Origin: Vulcanimicrobiota bacterium
Lineage (GTDB): Bacteria; Vulcanimicrobiota; Vulcanimicrobiia; Vulcanimicrobiales; Vulcanimicrobiaceae
DNA length: 64,000 nt
NCBI GenBank assembly: GCA_963795855.1
Contig: CAWCIZ010000002.1
Span: forward strand, 512,001-576,000
Direction of reading: 5' to 3'
The position numbers and the translations under genes were made by a program. Position 1 is the stretch's first letter; every line of letters starts with the position of its first letter. The notes below the pieces were generated by a model, which was not told where the DNA came from, did not search any database, and worked only from the letters and a program-made list of their open reading frames with translations. Of the stretch, positions 18,761 to 28,937 are shown piece after piece.

Positions 18761-19165
18761 TCAGCGCCGAGACAGCGGCAGCACCGCGCGCACCGTGAAG
18801 CCGTCCCGATCGCGCCGTCCGAAGGAGACGTCCTCGCAGACCTGCTGCACGATGAACAATCCGCGGCCGGACTCCGAGCGATCGTCGGGCTCGCGCGCAA
18901 AGTGTTTATCAGCGAAGCCGCGGCCGCCGTCTTTGATGCACAGGGCAAATTTACCGTCTTGCGGTTCCAGCCATACGCGGACGCCGCCGCACGGCGCGTG
19001 CTTCACGACGTTGGAGACCAGCTCACCGTAAACGAGCATTGCGGGAAACAAGTCGCTGCCCTCGACGGTGTGATCGGAAAGATAACGTTCCAGCAAATGC
19101 CGTCCGGCCAGCGCGTCCCGCGGGCAATCGGTTTCGAAGTACCAAGGATGTTTCGCGACCGCCAT
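18761..19165 (-). CDS. RsbW-like anti-sigma factor / HATPase
   Basis: ELVSNVVKHA, DGGRGF, ESGRGLFIV. Confidence 0.85.
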   Translation of the reverse strand: MAVAKHPWYFETDCPRDALAGRHLLERYLSDHTVEGSDLFPAMLVYGELVSNVVKHAPCGGVRVWLEPQDGKFALCIKDGGRGFADKHFAREPDDRSESGRGLFIVQQVCEDVSFGRRDRDGFTVRAVLPLSRR

Positions 19166-19230
19166 CCTCGTTCTGGTTCCCTAGTATTGCAAGAATGACG
19201 CGAAAACGTCCGCAGTCAAACTATTGCTAC

Positions 19231-19956
19231 TTACGCAAGCAACTGGCGTAAAATCGTCGCATCGTGCGGCGCGGCGGCCAGCGTATCGTTGTTGAAGTAC
19301 ACGAAGACGTCGCGCGCTTGCTCGGATAGCCGCCGAACGCGCTTAGCCCAATACGCAAGCGATCGGCGCGGATAATTTCCTACGTATAGCCCGGTATAGC
19401 CGTGCAAACGAACGTAGGCGAGCCGGCTGCTCGTCACGACGTCCGGTGTGCGCACACCGGGATAGTCGTGCACGCAGAACGCCATATCGCGATCGCGCAA
19501 TATGCGCAAAACGTCGTCCGCCAGCCATGACGCGTTGCGAAATTCCACGACGTACCGGTATTCGGCGGGCAGCTTGTCCAAGAACGCGCGCAAGTGCCGG
19601 TCGTCGCGCTCGAGATACGGCGGAAATTGCACGAGGATCTGCGCGATCTTTTCGCGCTCGAAGCATGCGGCGCGATGCATGTAGTTTTCGATGAATTCAT
19701 CGACTCGCGCCGGCAGCGTTTTCCGGTGCGTGACGAGGCGGCTGAGCTTGACGGTGTAGAGAAAACCGTCAGGAACGGCTTCGCACCAGCGTTTGACCTG
19801 CTCCGGTTTCGGAAGCCGATATGTGGTCGCGTTGAGCTCGACGGTGTCGAAGTGCTGCGCGTAGTACTGCAGCCAGCGCGATTGCGGCACGCCTTTCGGA
19901 TAGAACCGCCCGCGCCAGTCGCCGTAAACCCAACCGCTGGTGCCGATGCGCAGCAA
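19231..19956 (-). CDS. DUF72 family protein
   Basis: RIGTSGWVY..W.G.FYP, VELNATTYRLP, YVRLHG, VYFNND; start approximate. Confidence 0.9.
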   Translation of the reverse strand: MLRIGTSGWVYGDWRGRFYPKGVPQSRWLQYYAQHFDTVELNATTYRLPKPEQVKRWCEAVPDGFLYTVKLSRLVTHRKTLPARVDEFIENYMHRAACFEREKIAQILVQFPPYLERDDRHLRAFLDKLPAEYRYVVEFRNASWLADDVLRILRDRDMAFCVHDYPGVRTPDVVTSSRLAYVRLHGYTGLYVGNYPRRSLAYWAKRVRRLSEQARDVFVYFNNDTLAAAPHDATILRQLLA

Positions 19957-19958
19957 GT

Positions 19959-20459
19959 CTAAGTCGGAATCCCGACTCGATCGGTCTCGTCTTTGATCGC
20001 TGCGGGCAACAAATCGCGAATGCCCGTCAGGATCGTCCCGACTTCTTCGCGATGCCGCGTCGCCATTGCCGCAGTAGACGAATATGCATGCGCTCGCGCA
20101 GTCGTTTCGAGCATGAGGGCCGCTGCATCCGTCAGGCTCAGGGCGGTGTAGCAGTTGCGCAACGCACGCGCGGGCGATCGCGGGCGCAGGCGCGCAGCGG
20201 CGGCCTTCACCAATTCGCTCGCAAGCGCATCGCTCTCCGGCGTCTGGGTCGTTGCTCCGCCCAAGCGCCGAAGATGTTCGCGCAGTTCCTGGATATGAGC
20301 GCGCAACGTCCGGTCGATGCGCTCGAGCACCCATCGCGCTTCGGGAAAATCCGCCGCCGCCGGCGAGCGCACCTCGACGGCAACGGCATCCAGGACCGCT
20401 TGGTTTGCAGCGACCATGTCGGCTACGTGCGCTCGTATTTCGAGGATGTCGTTTCCCAT
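19959..20459 (-). CDS. Ferritin-like four-helix hypothetical protein
   Basis: Helical ORF with ALRNCYTALSL...MLETTA pattern; GAGG RBS. Confidence 0.55.
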   Translation of the reverse strand: MGNDILEIRAHVADMVAANQAVLDAVAVEVRSPAAADFPEARWVLERIDRTLRAHIQELREHLRRLGGATTQTPESDALASELVKAAAARLRPRSPARALRNCYTALSLTDAAALMLETTARAHAYSSTAAMATRHREEVGTILTGIRDLLPAAIKDETDRVGIPT

Positions 20460-20624
20460 TAGTCGCCTCGGAGATAGAAAGATTGCCCCAGCAACCCGCG
20501 CGCAAACCTTGCGGGCGGGGAAGCAACCGTAGACTTTCGGCCTCCAGCGGCCGCGGCACGGGAATGGAAGCCACCCCCGACTGAGAACACGGCTTAATGC
20601 GAATAACGGCACCGCCGCCCTGAC

Positions 20625-22346
20625 ATGCGCTACGTCGAAACCGAGAACGGATATCGCGTCGACGTCGGGCGCGTGTCGCTCAACCAAAGTTCGTTCCTCC
20701 TGCTCGCCGCAATCGTGGTGGGTATCGGCGGCGGCTATGGCGCCGTTGCTTTTCGCTATCTGATCCTCGGAGAGCAATATCTGGCATTCCGGCACTTCGC
20801 GCCGGCGCTTCACGCGCTGGGACGGGCGCAAGTCGTGCCGGTCCTCATCGTCGGCGGTATCGTCACGGCGTTCATCGTGAACCGGTTCGCGAGTGAAGCG
20901 AAAGGCCACGGCGTGCCCGAGGTGATGGCGGCGGTCGCGCTTGCGGGCGGCGTGATGCGGCCGCGCGTCATTGCGGTAAAAAGCATCGCTTCCGCGACGT
21001 GCATCGGTTTCGGCGGAAGCTGCGGACGCGAAGGCCCGATCGTCCAAATCGGATCGACGATCGGTTCGGTGCTCGGTCAAGTGGTGCGCGCGCCCGCGCC
21101 GATCGTACGAACGCTCGTGGCATGCGGCGCCGCCGCCGGAATCTCCGCGACGTTCAACGCGCCGATCGGCGGCGTGTTTTTTGCGAGCGAAGTGATTCTC
21201 GGCGATTTCGCGCCGCGTTCATTCGCGACGATTGTCGTCGCGAGCGTCGTGGCAGCGGTGATCGGCCGCGCGCACTTCGGCAACCATCCCTCGTTCACGG
21301 CTTCGGCATTCTATCTGGTATCGCCGGCAGAACTCGGTTTGTACGCGCTGCTGGGTATCGTAGCGGCGCTTTGGGCCGCGGGATTCGTGCGTCTTCTGTA
21401 CTTCGTGGAAGACCGCTTCGAAGCGGCGCGCGCGTCTCCGACGCTCAAAGCGGCGCTCGGTTTCGGCGCCGTCGGCGTCATCGGGATGTGGTTTCCTCAG
21501 GTTTTCGGGGTCGGATATAATCACGTCGACGCGATCCTAGCATCGCACGTCCCGGGAAGACATTCGCTGGTGCTCGCCGTGCTCAAACCGCTTGCGACCT
21601 CGCTCACGCTGGGCGCCGGGGGCAGCGGCGGCGTTTTCGCTCCGTCCCTGTTCACCGGCGCGATGCTCGGCAACGCGTTCGGAACGGTCGCGCACGGCAT
21701 GTTCCCATCCTGGACGGCGTCATCGCCTGCCTACGGGCTCGTCGGTATGGCCGCCGTATTTGCCGCGGCGGCGGAAGCGCCGATTACGGCGATCACCATC
21801 GTGTTCGAAATGTCGAACGACTACACGATCATTCTGCCGCTGATGGTTTGCACGGTCATCGCAACGCTGCTCGGACGCCGCCTTCTCGGCAACACGATTT
21901 ACGAGATGAAGCTCGTGCGGCGCGGCATAGACTGGGCGCGCCTGCGCCGGCCGCGTCCGCTCGCGCAGGTGCGCGTCTCCACCGTGGAGCACGCGCCGCC
22001 GGTGGTCGCGACGCCGGACGAACTGGTCCGCGATATCGCTGCGAAGCTGCGCGATACGCCGGAATTCGTGGTGCCGGTTTGCCGCGACGGACGTTTTCTG
22101 GGCGTCGTGCTGGCATCCGATCTCGCCGCCGAGTCCGCTGTGAACCCGCTCGCGACCGTAGCGCACTCTATGCGATCCGTGCCGGCGGTACTCTCGCGCG
22201 CCGATACGCTCGAGCAGGCTGCGACCGCCATGGCGGATCCGGACGTGCCGCTGCTGCCGATTGTGGAAAGCGCGACCGGAAAGTTGCTCGGCATCGTCAC
22301 CCGGCGCGACGTTTTGAATGCGTACCGGGATATGGCCGGCGCGTAA
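20625..22346 (+). CDS. ClC chloride channel/antiporter with two CBS domains
   Basis: GHGVPEV, GSCGREGP, GGVFAP, TIYE motifs; C-terminal CBS (LLGIVTRRDVL). Confidence 0.92.
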   Translation: MRYVETENGYRVDVGRVSLNQSSFLLLAAIVVGIGGGYGAVAFRYLILGEQYLAFRHFAPALHALGRAQVVPVLIVGGIVTAFIVNRFASEAKGHGVPEVMAAVALAGGVMRPRVIAVKSIASATCIGFGGSCGREGPIVQIGSTIGSVLGQVVRAPAPIVRTLVACGAAAGISATFNAPIGGVFFASEVILGDFAPRSFATIVVASVVAAVIGRAHFGNHPSFTASAFYLVSPAELGLYALLGIVAALWAAGFVRLLYFVEDRFEAARASPTLKAALGFGAVGVIGMWFPQVFGVGYNHVDAILASHVPGRHSLVLAVLKPLATSLTLGAGGSGGVFAPSLFTGAMLGNAFGTVAHGMFPSWTASSPAYGLVGMAAVFAAAAEAPITAITIVFEMSNDYTIILPLMVCTVIATLLGRRLLGNTIYEMKLVRRGIDWARLRRPRPLAQVRVSTVEHAPPVVATPDELVRDIAAKLRDTPEFVVPVCRDGRFLGVVLASDLAAESAVNPLATVAHSMRSVPAVLSRADTLEQAATAMADPDVPLLPIVESATGKLLGIVTRRDVLNAYRDMAGA

Positions 22347-22349
22347 CGG

Positions 22350-22913
22350 TTACGCTCCGGTGTAAAAACACGAGCCGCACATCTGCACGTACCGCGTCGT
22401 GCCTTCGATCGCGATCTGCGCGCCTTTCGTGATCCGGTTTCCCTGCTCGTCGACGCGCACGTTCATCGTCGCCTTTCTGCCGCAGCCGCAGATGTTCTTC
22501 AGTTCCTCGATGCTGTCAGCGAGGGTAAGCAGATACGCAGCGCCGGGAAACGGTTCGCCTTGAAAATCGCTGCGTATGCCGTAGCAAATCACCGGGATGT
22601 TCAGGACGTGCGCGACGCGATGAAGTTGACGTACTTGTTCCGGTTGTAGAAACTGCGCCTCGTCGAGCAGCAGGCACGAAAGGTCGCGATTGCGCGAAAA
22701 AGATGCGTAGAAGTCCGTAGCTTCGTCGAAGGTCTCGACGGAGCGCCGCGGCCCTAAGCGCGAGGTGACCACGCCGTGACCGTACCGGTCGTCGATCGCG
22801 GCGGTAAAAATCGCGACGCGGCGGCCATTTTCTTCGTAATTATTCGCGACTTGCAGAAGCGCGGTCGACTTGCCCGCGTTCATCGCGGAATAGCGGAAGT
22901 AGAGTTTTGCCAT
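22350..22913 (-). CDS. tdk: Thymidine kinase
   Basis: AKLYFRYSAMNAGKST, LLDEAQFL, CGCGRKA, CGSC. Confidence 0.95.
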   Translation of the reverse strand: MAKLYFRYSAMNAGKSTALLQVANNYEENGRRVAIFTAAIDDRYGHGVVTSRLGPRRSVETFDEATDFYASFSRNRDLSCLLLDEAQFLQPEQVRQLHRVAHVLNIPVICYGIRSDFQGEPFPGAAYLLTLADSIEELKNICGCGRKATMNVRVDEQGNRITKGAQIAIEGTTRYVQMCGSCFYTGA

Positions 22914-22956
22914 GAGCGACGCCACGTTTTCGGCGCCGCCCCTCAAAATCGTTTCG

Positions 22957-23736
22957 CTAGTTCGACGGTGGCGGCGTACAGCCGACGACCGGAAGCGGCG
23001 TCGGCGCGGGCGCCGGCGGTGGGACTGCGGGCGGTATTGCGGGCATCAGCGGGGACGACGACACTGCCGTGGAGTGACCGTGCGCCGCAAGAAGCGCAAC
23101 GATCGGCACCAGCAGCAGCAGCGGCCACGCGCGGAAATGGTGCGCCGGCGCGGAGCCCGTCGAAGCGGCGACGCTCGTATACGGTGCGAGCGCCGGCGCG
23201 GGTTTGGGAGCAAAAACCGCAACCGCCGGCTCTGCATCGGGCGCGAGGGTTGCGATCGGCGCGGGAGTCGCAGTGACGGGCTGCGGCGCGCGCGCAATCG
23301 CCGGAGCGGGGCGACGAAGAATCGAAAGATTTCCGCACTTGTTCGGCACGAACAATGCAACGATGCGACCCGGTTCGCGCAGATCGACTTCCCAGCCGCG
23401 CGTGCCGGCCGGTATGACGACGTCGTGAAGAACGTGGACTCGGCCGCCGCTGCGCCAGGACATCGCGTCCAAGTGCCGCGGAATCGTAACGTACGCGAGT
23501 TGCCGATCCGAAATCCGCTGCTCGAATTGCGCGTACTCGCTGGGCGTGAGCCCCAGTTCGCTGCCTGCTGCCGCGAACAGCGCGCGCTGCTTCGTGACGT
23601 CCGCCTGCAGCTGCTGCGTGGACGCCACTTGTCCGATGAGCGGAGCGGTTCCAAGCTCGGCCACCACGTGCGTCTGCGCCAGCGCCGGCGCGGGCAGCGC
23701 GGCGCACAAGAGCGCCGCTAAAATTCTTCGAATCAT
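22957..23736 (-). CDS. Hypothetical exported protein with Pro/Ala linker and C-terminal TM
   Basis: Signal peptide, FVPNKCGNLS, WPLLLLVPIVALL anchor. Confidence 0.65.
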   Translation of the reverse strand: MIRRILAALLCAALPAPALAQTHVVAELGTAPLIGQVASTQQLQADVTKQRALFAAAGSELGLTPSEYAQFEQRISDRQLAYVTIPRHLDAMSWRSGGRVHVLHDVVIPAGTRGWEVDLREPGRIVALFVPNKCGNLSILRRPAPAIARAPQPVTATPAPIATLAPDAEPAVAVFAPKPAPALAPYTSVAASTGSAPAHHFRAWPLLLLVPIVALLAAHGHSTAVSSSPLMPAIPPAVPPPAPAPTPLPVVGCTPPPSN

Positions 23737-23778
23737 CTCACGCGGAAAATACCCGGCGGCGGGCGCAAGCTATTAGGC

Positions 23779-24396
23779 CTACCGGGCAACCGAGGGAGGA
23801 TTTTCGCGTATATTTCGTGCCACTTCGCGGTCCATCGGTCGCGCCGAGGCCGCGAGCGACTCCGCAACCCGCCGTCGATCCTCTTCGGTGCGGTTTTGGC
23901 TGAACTTGAACGAGGCGTCGATATGCGTCACCGCAATTTCGATCCCCGCGATGGCGCGCTCCAATCTCCGGATATACTCCGGATCCGCGGACTCGATCCG
24001 CCACGACTCTTCGAACCGGGCGACGACGCGCTCCACGATGCGCCGCGTTCCGGCGGCGTTGGTCACGCGCGCAACGCCCGAACAATGAACCGCCGCATAG
24101 TCCCACGTCGGAACGCTGTGCGCCGGATCGGCGTACCAGCCGGCGGAAATCATCGCATGCGGGCCGCTGAAAATCGCGAGCACGTTCTGCGCTTCCAGCT
24201 CGCGCCATTGCGGGTTCGCTTTGGCGACGTGCAGGCCGAGTTTGAGCGATTCGCCGCTTTGCAGAACGACGAAGGGCGCGTGCGTGGCGAACGGTTTGCC
24301 TTCAACCGTGGAAACGAGAATGCCGAACGGCTCGCGTTCTATAAACGCGAGCAGCGCGGCACGATCGACGATCGCGAAATCTCTCGGTACGTACAT
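23779..24396 (-). CDS. PaiB-like FMN-binding protein
   Basis: MYVP..F, HVAKANPQW, GPHAMIS..WY, VPTWDYAAVH, KFSQNR. Confidence 0.9.
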   Translation of the reverse strand: MYVPRDFAIVDRAALLAFIEREPFGILVSTVEGKPFATHAPFVVLQSGESLKLGLHVAKANPQWRELEAQNVLAIFSGPHAMISAGWYADPAHSVPTWDYAAVHCSGVARVTNAAGTRRIVERVVARFEESWRIESADPEYIRRLERAIAGIEIAVTHIDASFKFSQNRTEEDRRRVAESLAASARPMDREVARNIRENPPSVAR

Positions 24397-24402
24397 GCAC
24401 GA

Positions 24403-24440
24403 ACCAAAACGCTGCCCGGCGCGTACGCGACCGGGCAGCG
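24403..24440 (-). terminator. Intrinsic terminator after the Zn-ribbon gene
   Basis: 10-bp perfect stem CGCTGCCCGG/CCGGGCAGCG followed by TTTTGGTT on the minus strand. Confidence 0.7.
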
Positions 24441-24453
24441 ATCGATGCAGGTG

Positions 24454-24780
24454 TTAGCGGTAGCTGGGGCGCGACGAGAAACAGTCGCGGCAGTAGACCG
24501 GCTTGTCGCCGCGCGGTTGGAACGGCACCTCGGCGACGCCGCCGCACTGGCTGCACGTGGCTTTGAACATCTCGCGACGCGCACCGCCGCCGCCGCCGCC
24601 GAAGCCGCCGCCGCCGCCTCCGCTGCGTCCGCCATTCGCCGCCTTGCGGGCAGCGCGGCAATCGCCGCAGCGGCTGGGTTTGTTCGTGAAGCCTTTGCTG
24701 GCATAAAATTCCTGTTCGCTTGCGGTGAACGGGAAGCTGCGTCCGCAATCGACGCAATTCAGGGTTTCATCGGTGTACAT
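24454..24780 (-). CDS. Double zinc-ribbon (CxxC-x17-CxxC) protein with Gly-rich linker
   Basis: CVDC...EQEFYASKGFTNKPSRCGDC and CSQC...VPFQP...PVYCRDC; AGGAG RBS. Confidence 0.92.
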   Translation of the reverse strand: MYTDETLNCVDCGRSFPFTASEQEFYASKGFTNKPSRCGDCRAARKAANGGRSGGGGGGFGGGGGGARREMFKATCSQCGGVAEVPFQPRGDKPVYCRDCFSSRPSYR

Positions 24781-24854
24781 GAGAGTCTCCTAACTCTTTT
24801 TCTTTTGATGGTGGTGATATCGGGACTCTTGACTCCCGATGATTCCGCCGCACT

Positions 24855-25154
24855 TTACGTGCGGCGTGCCTCGCCGGCGCGGTAGCGATAAACGATGCGT
24901 CCTTTCGTCAAATCGTATGGCGAAAGTTCGACGTCCACGCGGTCGCCGGGGAGAATTTTGATGTGATGGCGGCGCAGGCGTCCCGCGATATGCGCGAGGA
25001 TGACGTGGCCGTTGTCGAGCTCGACGGAAAACGTCGTGCTCGGAAAAACTTGTTTGATGCTGCCGTAGACTTCCAGCGGAGCTTCTTTGTTGTCTTCCGC
25101 AGCGTTTGCTTTCGAAGCGCGGGGATTAACGTTGCGGCGGTTGCGGGTAGCGAT
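24855..25154 (-). CDS. infA: Translation initiation factor IF-1, apparent ATC start (not in ORF track)
   Basis: [57 protein letters not shown] 8 nt before ATC; no in-frame ATG/GTG/TTG before codon 73. Confidence 0.92.
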   Translation of the reverse strand: MATRNRRNVNPRASKANAAEDNKEAPLEVYGSIKQVFPSTTFSVELDNGHVILAHIAGRLRRHHIKILPGDRVDVELSPYDLTKGRIVYRYRAGEARRT

Positions 25155-25176
25155 AGTCGATGCTCCTTTCTTTTCT

Positions 25177-26379
25177 TTAGCGCCTGCGGCGCGCGGTGAA
25201 AGACCGGCGAACGGGCTTGAGTTCCGCTTTGAGCGTATTCCCTATCGCCGCATCGGATAAAGCATGGTGTGCCCGCTCGACGCGCTTGCCCATCGACCGT
25301 TCGATTTGCGCGAACAGATCCGTTTCATCGTGCGAAACGAAAGTGATGGCGTCGCCGGTTTTTTGCGCGCGCGCGGTGCGGCCGATGCGGTGGATGTAGT
25401 CGGCCGGTTCGGCCGGCACGTCGTAATTGATGACGTGACCGAGATCGAGAATGTCGATGCCGCGCGCGGCAACGTCCGTCGCGACGAGCACGCGGTACCG
25501 TCCGCGTTTGAACGCGTCGAGTGCACGCGTGCGCTGCGCCTGCGAGCGATCTCCGTGAATGCGCTCCGCGCGCACGTTGTGTTTGGCGAGCGCCCCGGCC
25601 AAGCGTTCCGCGCGGGCCTTGGTGCGCGTGAAAACGAGCGCGCTGAAAATCTCATTGCCTTTGAGGAGATCGACGAGCAGATCCGTCTTCTTGTGCTGTT
25701 CGATCGCGTAAACGGACTGCGTAACCGTTTCGACCGGTGCAACGAGCGGCGTCAAGTTCACGCGTACCGGATCGTGCAGCAAGTCGTTCGCGAGATTTAC
25801 CGCCGCGCCGGCAAGGGTAGCCGTGAAAAACAACGTCTGCCTGCGAGTGCGGAGTTTGCCGATGATGCGCCTGACGGCGGGCAGGAAGCCCATGTCGAGC
25901 ATGCGATCCGCCTCGTCGAGCACGAGTAGGCCGACCCGGTCCAAACGCGCTTCGCCTTGCTGCATCAGGTCGATCAGCCGGCCGGGCGTCGCGACGATGA
26001 CTTCCGTTCCGCGATGGAACGCCTGAATTTGCGGACCGAAGCTCGCTCCGCCGTAAACGGCGGCAACGCGAAGCTGCGTGTGTTTCGCGAGGTCGCGCAA
26101 ATGCTCGGTGATTTGCTGGGCAAGTTCGCGAGTGGGCGCCAGCACGAGCGCGCTCGTCTGCCCCGTGGGCAGTTTGAGCAGAGCATCGAGCACGGGCAAG
26201 CCGAAGGCTGCAGATTTACCGCTTCCTGTAGGAGCGGTGGCGAGAATGTCGCGGCCGGCTAGTGCCGGCGGAATTGCCATGCGCTGAATCGGCGTGGCTT
26301 CCTTATACTGAAGATCTTCGACGGCGCGCAGAAGCGCCGGGCTCAGCGATAATTGGGAAAAACTAGAGATACGGACCAA
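25177..26379 (-). CDS. DEAD-box RNA helicase (RhlE-like); start TTG 26379 or ATC 26370
   Basis: Q motif, [37 protein letters not shown]. Confidence 0.93.
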   Translation of the reverse strand: MVRISSFSQLSLSPALLRAVEDLQYKEATPIQRMAIPPALAGRDILATAPTGSGKSAAFGLPVLDALLKLPTGQTSALVLAPTRELAQQITEHLRDLAKHTQLRVAAVYGGASFGPQIQAFHRGTEVIVATPGRLIDLMQQGEARLDRVGLLVLDEADRMLDMGFLPAVRRIIGKLRTRRQTLFFTATLAGAAVNLANDLLHDPVRVNLTPLVAPVETVTQSVYAIEQHKKTDLLVDLLKGNEIFSALVFTRTKARAERLAGALAKHNVRAERIHGDRSQAQRTRALDAFKRGRYRVLVATDVAARGIDILDLGHVINYDVPAEPADYIHRIGRTARAQKTGDAITFVSHDETDLFAQIERSMGKRVERAHHALSDAAIGNTLKAELKPVRRSFTARRRR

Positions 26380-26418
26380 TCTTTCGACGGCGCAACTTAT
26401 CGACCACTCGAAAGATCG
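26377..26418 (-). promoter_or_regulatory. 5'-UTR hairpin covering the helicase RBS/start region
   Basis: mRNA CGAUCUUUCGA pairs with UCGAAAGAUUG (11 bp, one G-U). Confidence 0.55.
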
Positions 26419-26552
26419 CGCTGGGTGAAATTACGGGGCGAGTGTCTCACACTTTCTCTCCCCGTGCAAGAGCCAGAACCCGCCTGGGTCCGGAATGGTT
26501 GCTCCTTCCCCGGACGGACGCGCCGTCGCAGCCCCTGGGTACACTCGTTGCC

Positions 26553-27470
26553 ATGAGCGCTCCGCAGACCTTGGTCAACGCCCGCACGCAAGCGGTCCCG
26601 CTCCTCAAACGCACCTGGAGCGAGTTTCAGCGGCACAACTGCCAGTGGCTGGCAGCGGCGCTTGCCTACTTCGCCGCTTTCGCCATCGCGCCGCTGATCA
26701 TCGTCCTGGTGGAGATAGCGGGACTCGTCATCCACAACCACCATCAGGCGCTGAACGCGATCTTCGGCTACCTGCAAAAGGACGCGGGCGCGGGGGCCGG
26801 GGCGGTGCGCCAAATCGTTTCGGCGACGTTCAACGAGCCGCGCAAGGGCGTTCTCGCGGAGATTATCGGGTGGATCGTCTTCATTATCGCCGCGGTTGGT
26901 CTCTTCGGAGCGGTGCAGTTCGCGCTCAATACGGTTTGGGACGTCGTGCCGAAAAAAATGGGCTTCAAAGACGCGATCCGTCAGCGCGCCTCGAGTTTCG
27001 CGGTGATGATGCTGATAGCGCTGATCATGCTCGCGTCGATGGGCGTGAACGCGGTGCTGACGATGGCCTCCGGGTATCTCACCCACGTTTTCACGGGTTT
27101 CGCGACCCTGATGAAGATCGTCGACTTCGTCGTTTCGTTCGGCGTGGTCGGCGTCGGCTTCGCAGTGCTGTTCGAGTATTTGCCGGAGTGCCGGATCGAA
27201 TGGCGCGACGTGTGGCCCGGCGCCGCAATCACTTCGTTCTTGTTCGTCGTGGGCCAGTTTCTGCTCGGCTGGTATCTCGGGCGCGCGGGCGTGAGTTCCG
27301 GATACGGCGCCTTCGGTTCGCTCGTCGTTTTTTTGATATGGGTGAACTACTCCGCGCAAATCATGCTGTTCGGCGCGGAATTCACGCACGTGTACGCGGA
27401 ACGGCTGGGGTCGAACGGGGCGGCGAAGACCACGATCGGCGAAATTCCGGCTCGCGCCGTAGGAAGATGA
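26553..27470 (+). CDS. YihY/BrkB family membrane protein
   Basis: AAALAYF..F.IAPL, ALNTVW, YGAFGSLVVFLIWVNYSAQIMLFGAEF. Confidence 0.9.
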   Translation: MSAPQTLVNARTQAVPLLKRTWSEFQRHNCQWLAAALAYFAAFAIAPLIIVLVEIAGLVIHNHHQALNAIFGYLQKDAGAGAGAVRQIVSATFNEPRKGVLAEIIGWIVFIIAAVGLFGAVQFALNTVWDVVPKKMGFKDAIRQRASSFAVMMLIALIMLASMGVNAVLTMASGYLTHVFTGFATLMKIVDFVVSFGVVGVGFAVLFEYLPECRIEWRDVWPGAAITSFLFVVGQFLLGWYLGRAGVSSGYGAFGSLVVFLIWVNYSAQIMLFGAEFTHVYAERLGSNGAAKTTIGEIPARAVGR

Positions 27471-28937
27471 GCGCAACCGCGGCCGCGATCCACGCCAAGA
27501 GCGCGCAGCACATCATTACGTAGCGAAAGCCTACCTCGTACGCGCGATCGACGGCTTGTTGCGCGCGGCCGCGAAACGCTGCGGGTACGCCTCGATCGGG
27601 GGCGCGTCCGCTCAGCAGCGAGTCGCGCTCCAGCGCGCGCCGCACCTGCGCGGGCACGGCGCGATCGTTTTGCGGAAGCGCTCGATGCGTCGCGGAAACG
27701 ATCACGATACCGAGCAACGCAATGGCGAGCAATCCCGCTACCCGCGAAACCGCGTTGTTTATTCCGGACGCGCTGCCGGCGTGCTCGGCGGGAGCCGAGT
27801 TCATGACGGTCGTGGTCAGCGGCGCGACGAACGTGGAAGTCCCGAGCCCGAGCAGCAGCACGGCGGGGAAGAACGTGCTCCAATAGCTGCCGCCGACACC
27901 CGTAAATCCGAAGAGCGCAAAGCCGAAACCGGCCAGCACCGCGCCGGCCACGAGCGGCGCGCGCGCACCGATGCGCGCAACCAAACCGCCCGACCAGCGC
28001 GACGAACGAACATCAGCACGATCATCGGCAGCAGCGCGGCGCCGGCGGAAAGCGGGGTATACCGCTGCACGTTGATGAGGTTGAACGGTACGAAGAACAA
28101 CGCTCCGCTCAGGGCCGCGTAGAGCAGCAGCGTGTACACGTTCGAAACGGTGAAAGCGCGCGAGCCGAAGATACCGAGCGGTATCATCGGCGCCGCACTT
28201 CGGCGTTCGACGTACACGAACGCCGCCAGCAGTACGGCGCCGCCGGCAGCAGCCGCGGCACCCGACGCATCGCCGTGCGCGCTTTGCAGGGTGATGAAGC
28301 CGAACGTGAGCGCTCCGAGGGCTACCGTCGCGATTGCGGCTCCGCTCCAATCGATGCGCCGCGCGGCGAGCGCGTCACGGCTTTCCGGAATGCGCGCGAC
28401 GGAGATGACGAAAACCGCCAGCGCGATCGGAAGATTGATGAGGAAAACCAGACGCCACGAAAACGCCTGCACGAGCCATCCGCCGAGCAGCGGACCAAGT
28501 GCCATGGTAGCCGCCAGGAATCCCGACCACGTTCCGATTGCCGCGCCGCGATCGCGCTCTTCGAACGAAGCGGTGATGAGCGCCAAACTTTCCGGCACGA
28601 GCAGCGCGCCGCCGATGCCCTGAATGCACCGCGCCGCGACGAGCTCGGCCGCGGTTTGCGAAACCGCGCATGCGAGCGAGGCGGCGGCAAAAATGCAAGC
28701 GCCGAGCAAAAACATTCTGCGCCGTCCCAAATGATCGCCCAGAGATCCGCCGACGAGAATGAGCGCGGACAGAAACAGCGAGTAGCCTTCGACGATCCAT
28801 TGCGTAGCGTCGGAACCGGCATGGATATCGCGCTGGAGAACCGGCAGCGCCACGTTGACCGCCGTTGCATCGATACCCGGCATCGCCGAACCGAGTATCG
28901 TCGCCGCAAGCACCCAGGCTCCGGCACGCCTCGTCAA
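27382..28937 (-). CDS. DHA2/EmrB-type MFS transporter; frameshift near 28003
   Basis: DATAVNVALP, GSLGDHLGRRR, RCIQGIGGALLVP, WRLVFLINLP, ASGINNAVSRV; spread over two frames. Confidence 0.85.

Noticed and set aside
20540..20625. Possible fluoride riboswitch upstream of the ClC gene (GGGAATGG...)
   Set aside because: Poor match to the crcB consensus by eye, and the ClC has GHGVP/GREGP/GVFAP rather than the CLC-F GNNLI/GREGT/GEVTP motifs; an Infernal search would settle it.
24580..24625. GCC-repeat tract
   Set aside because: It encodes the Gly-rich linker of the Zn-ribbon protein; not an independent repeat element.
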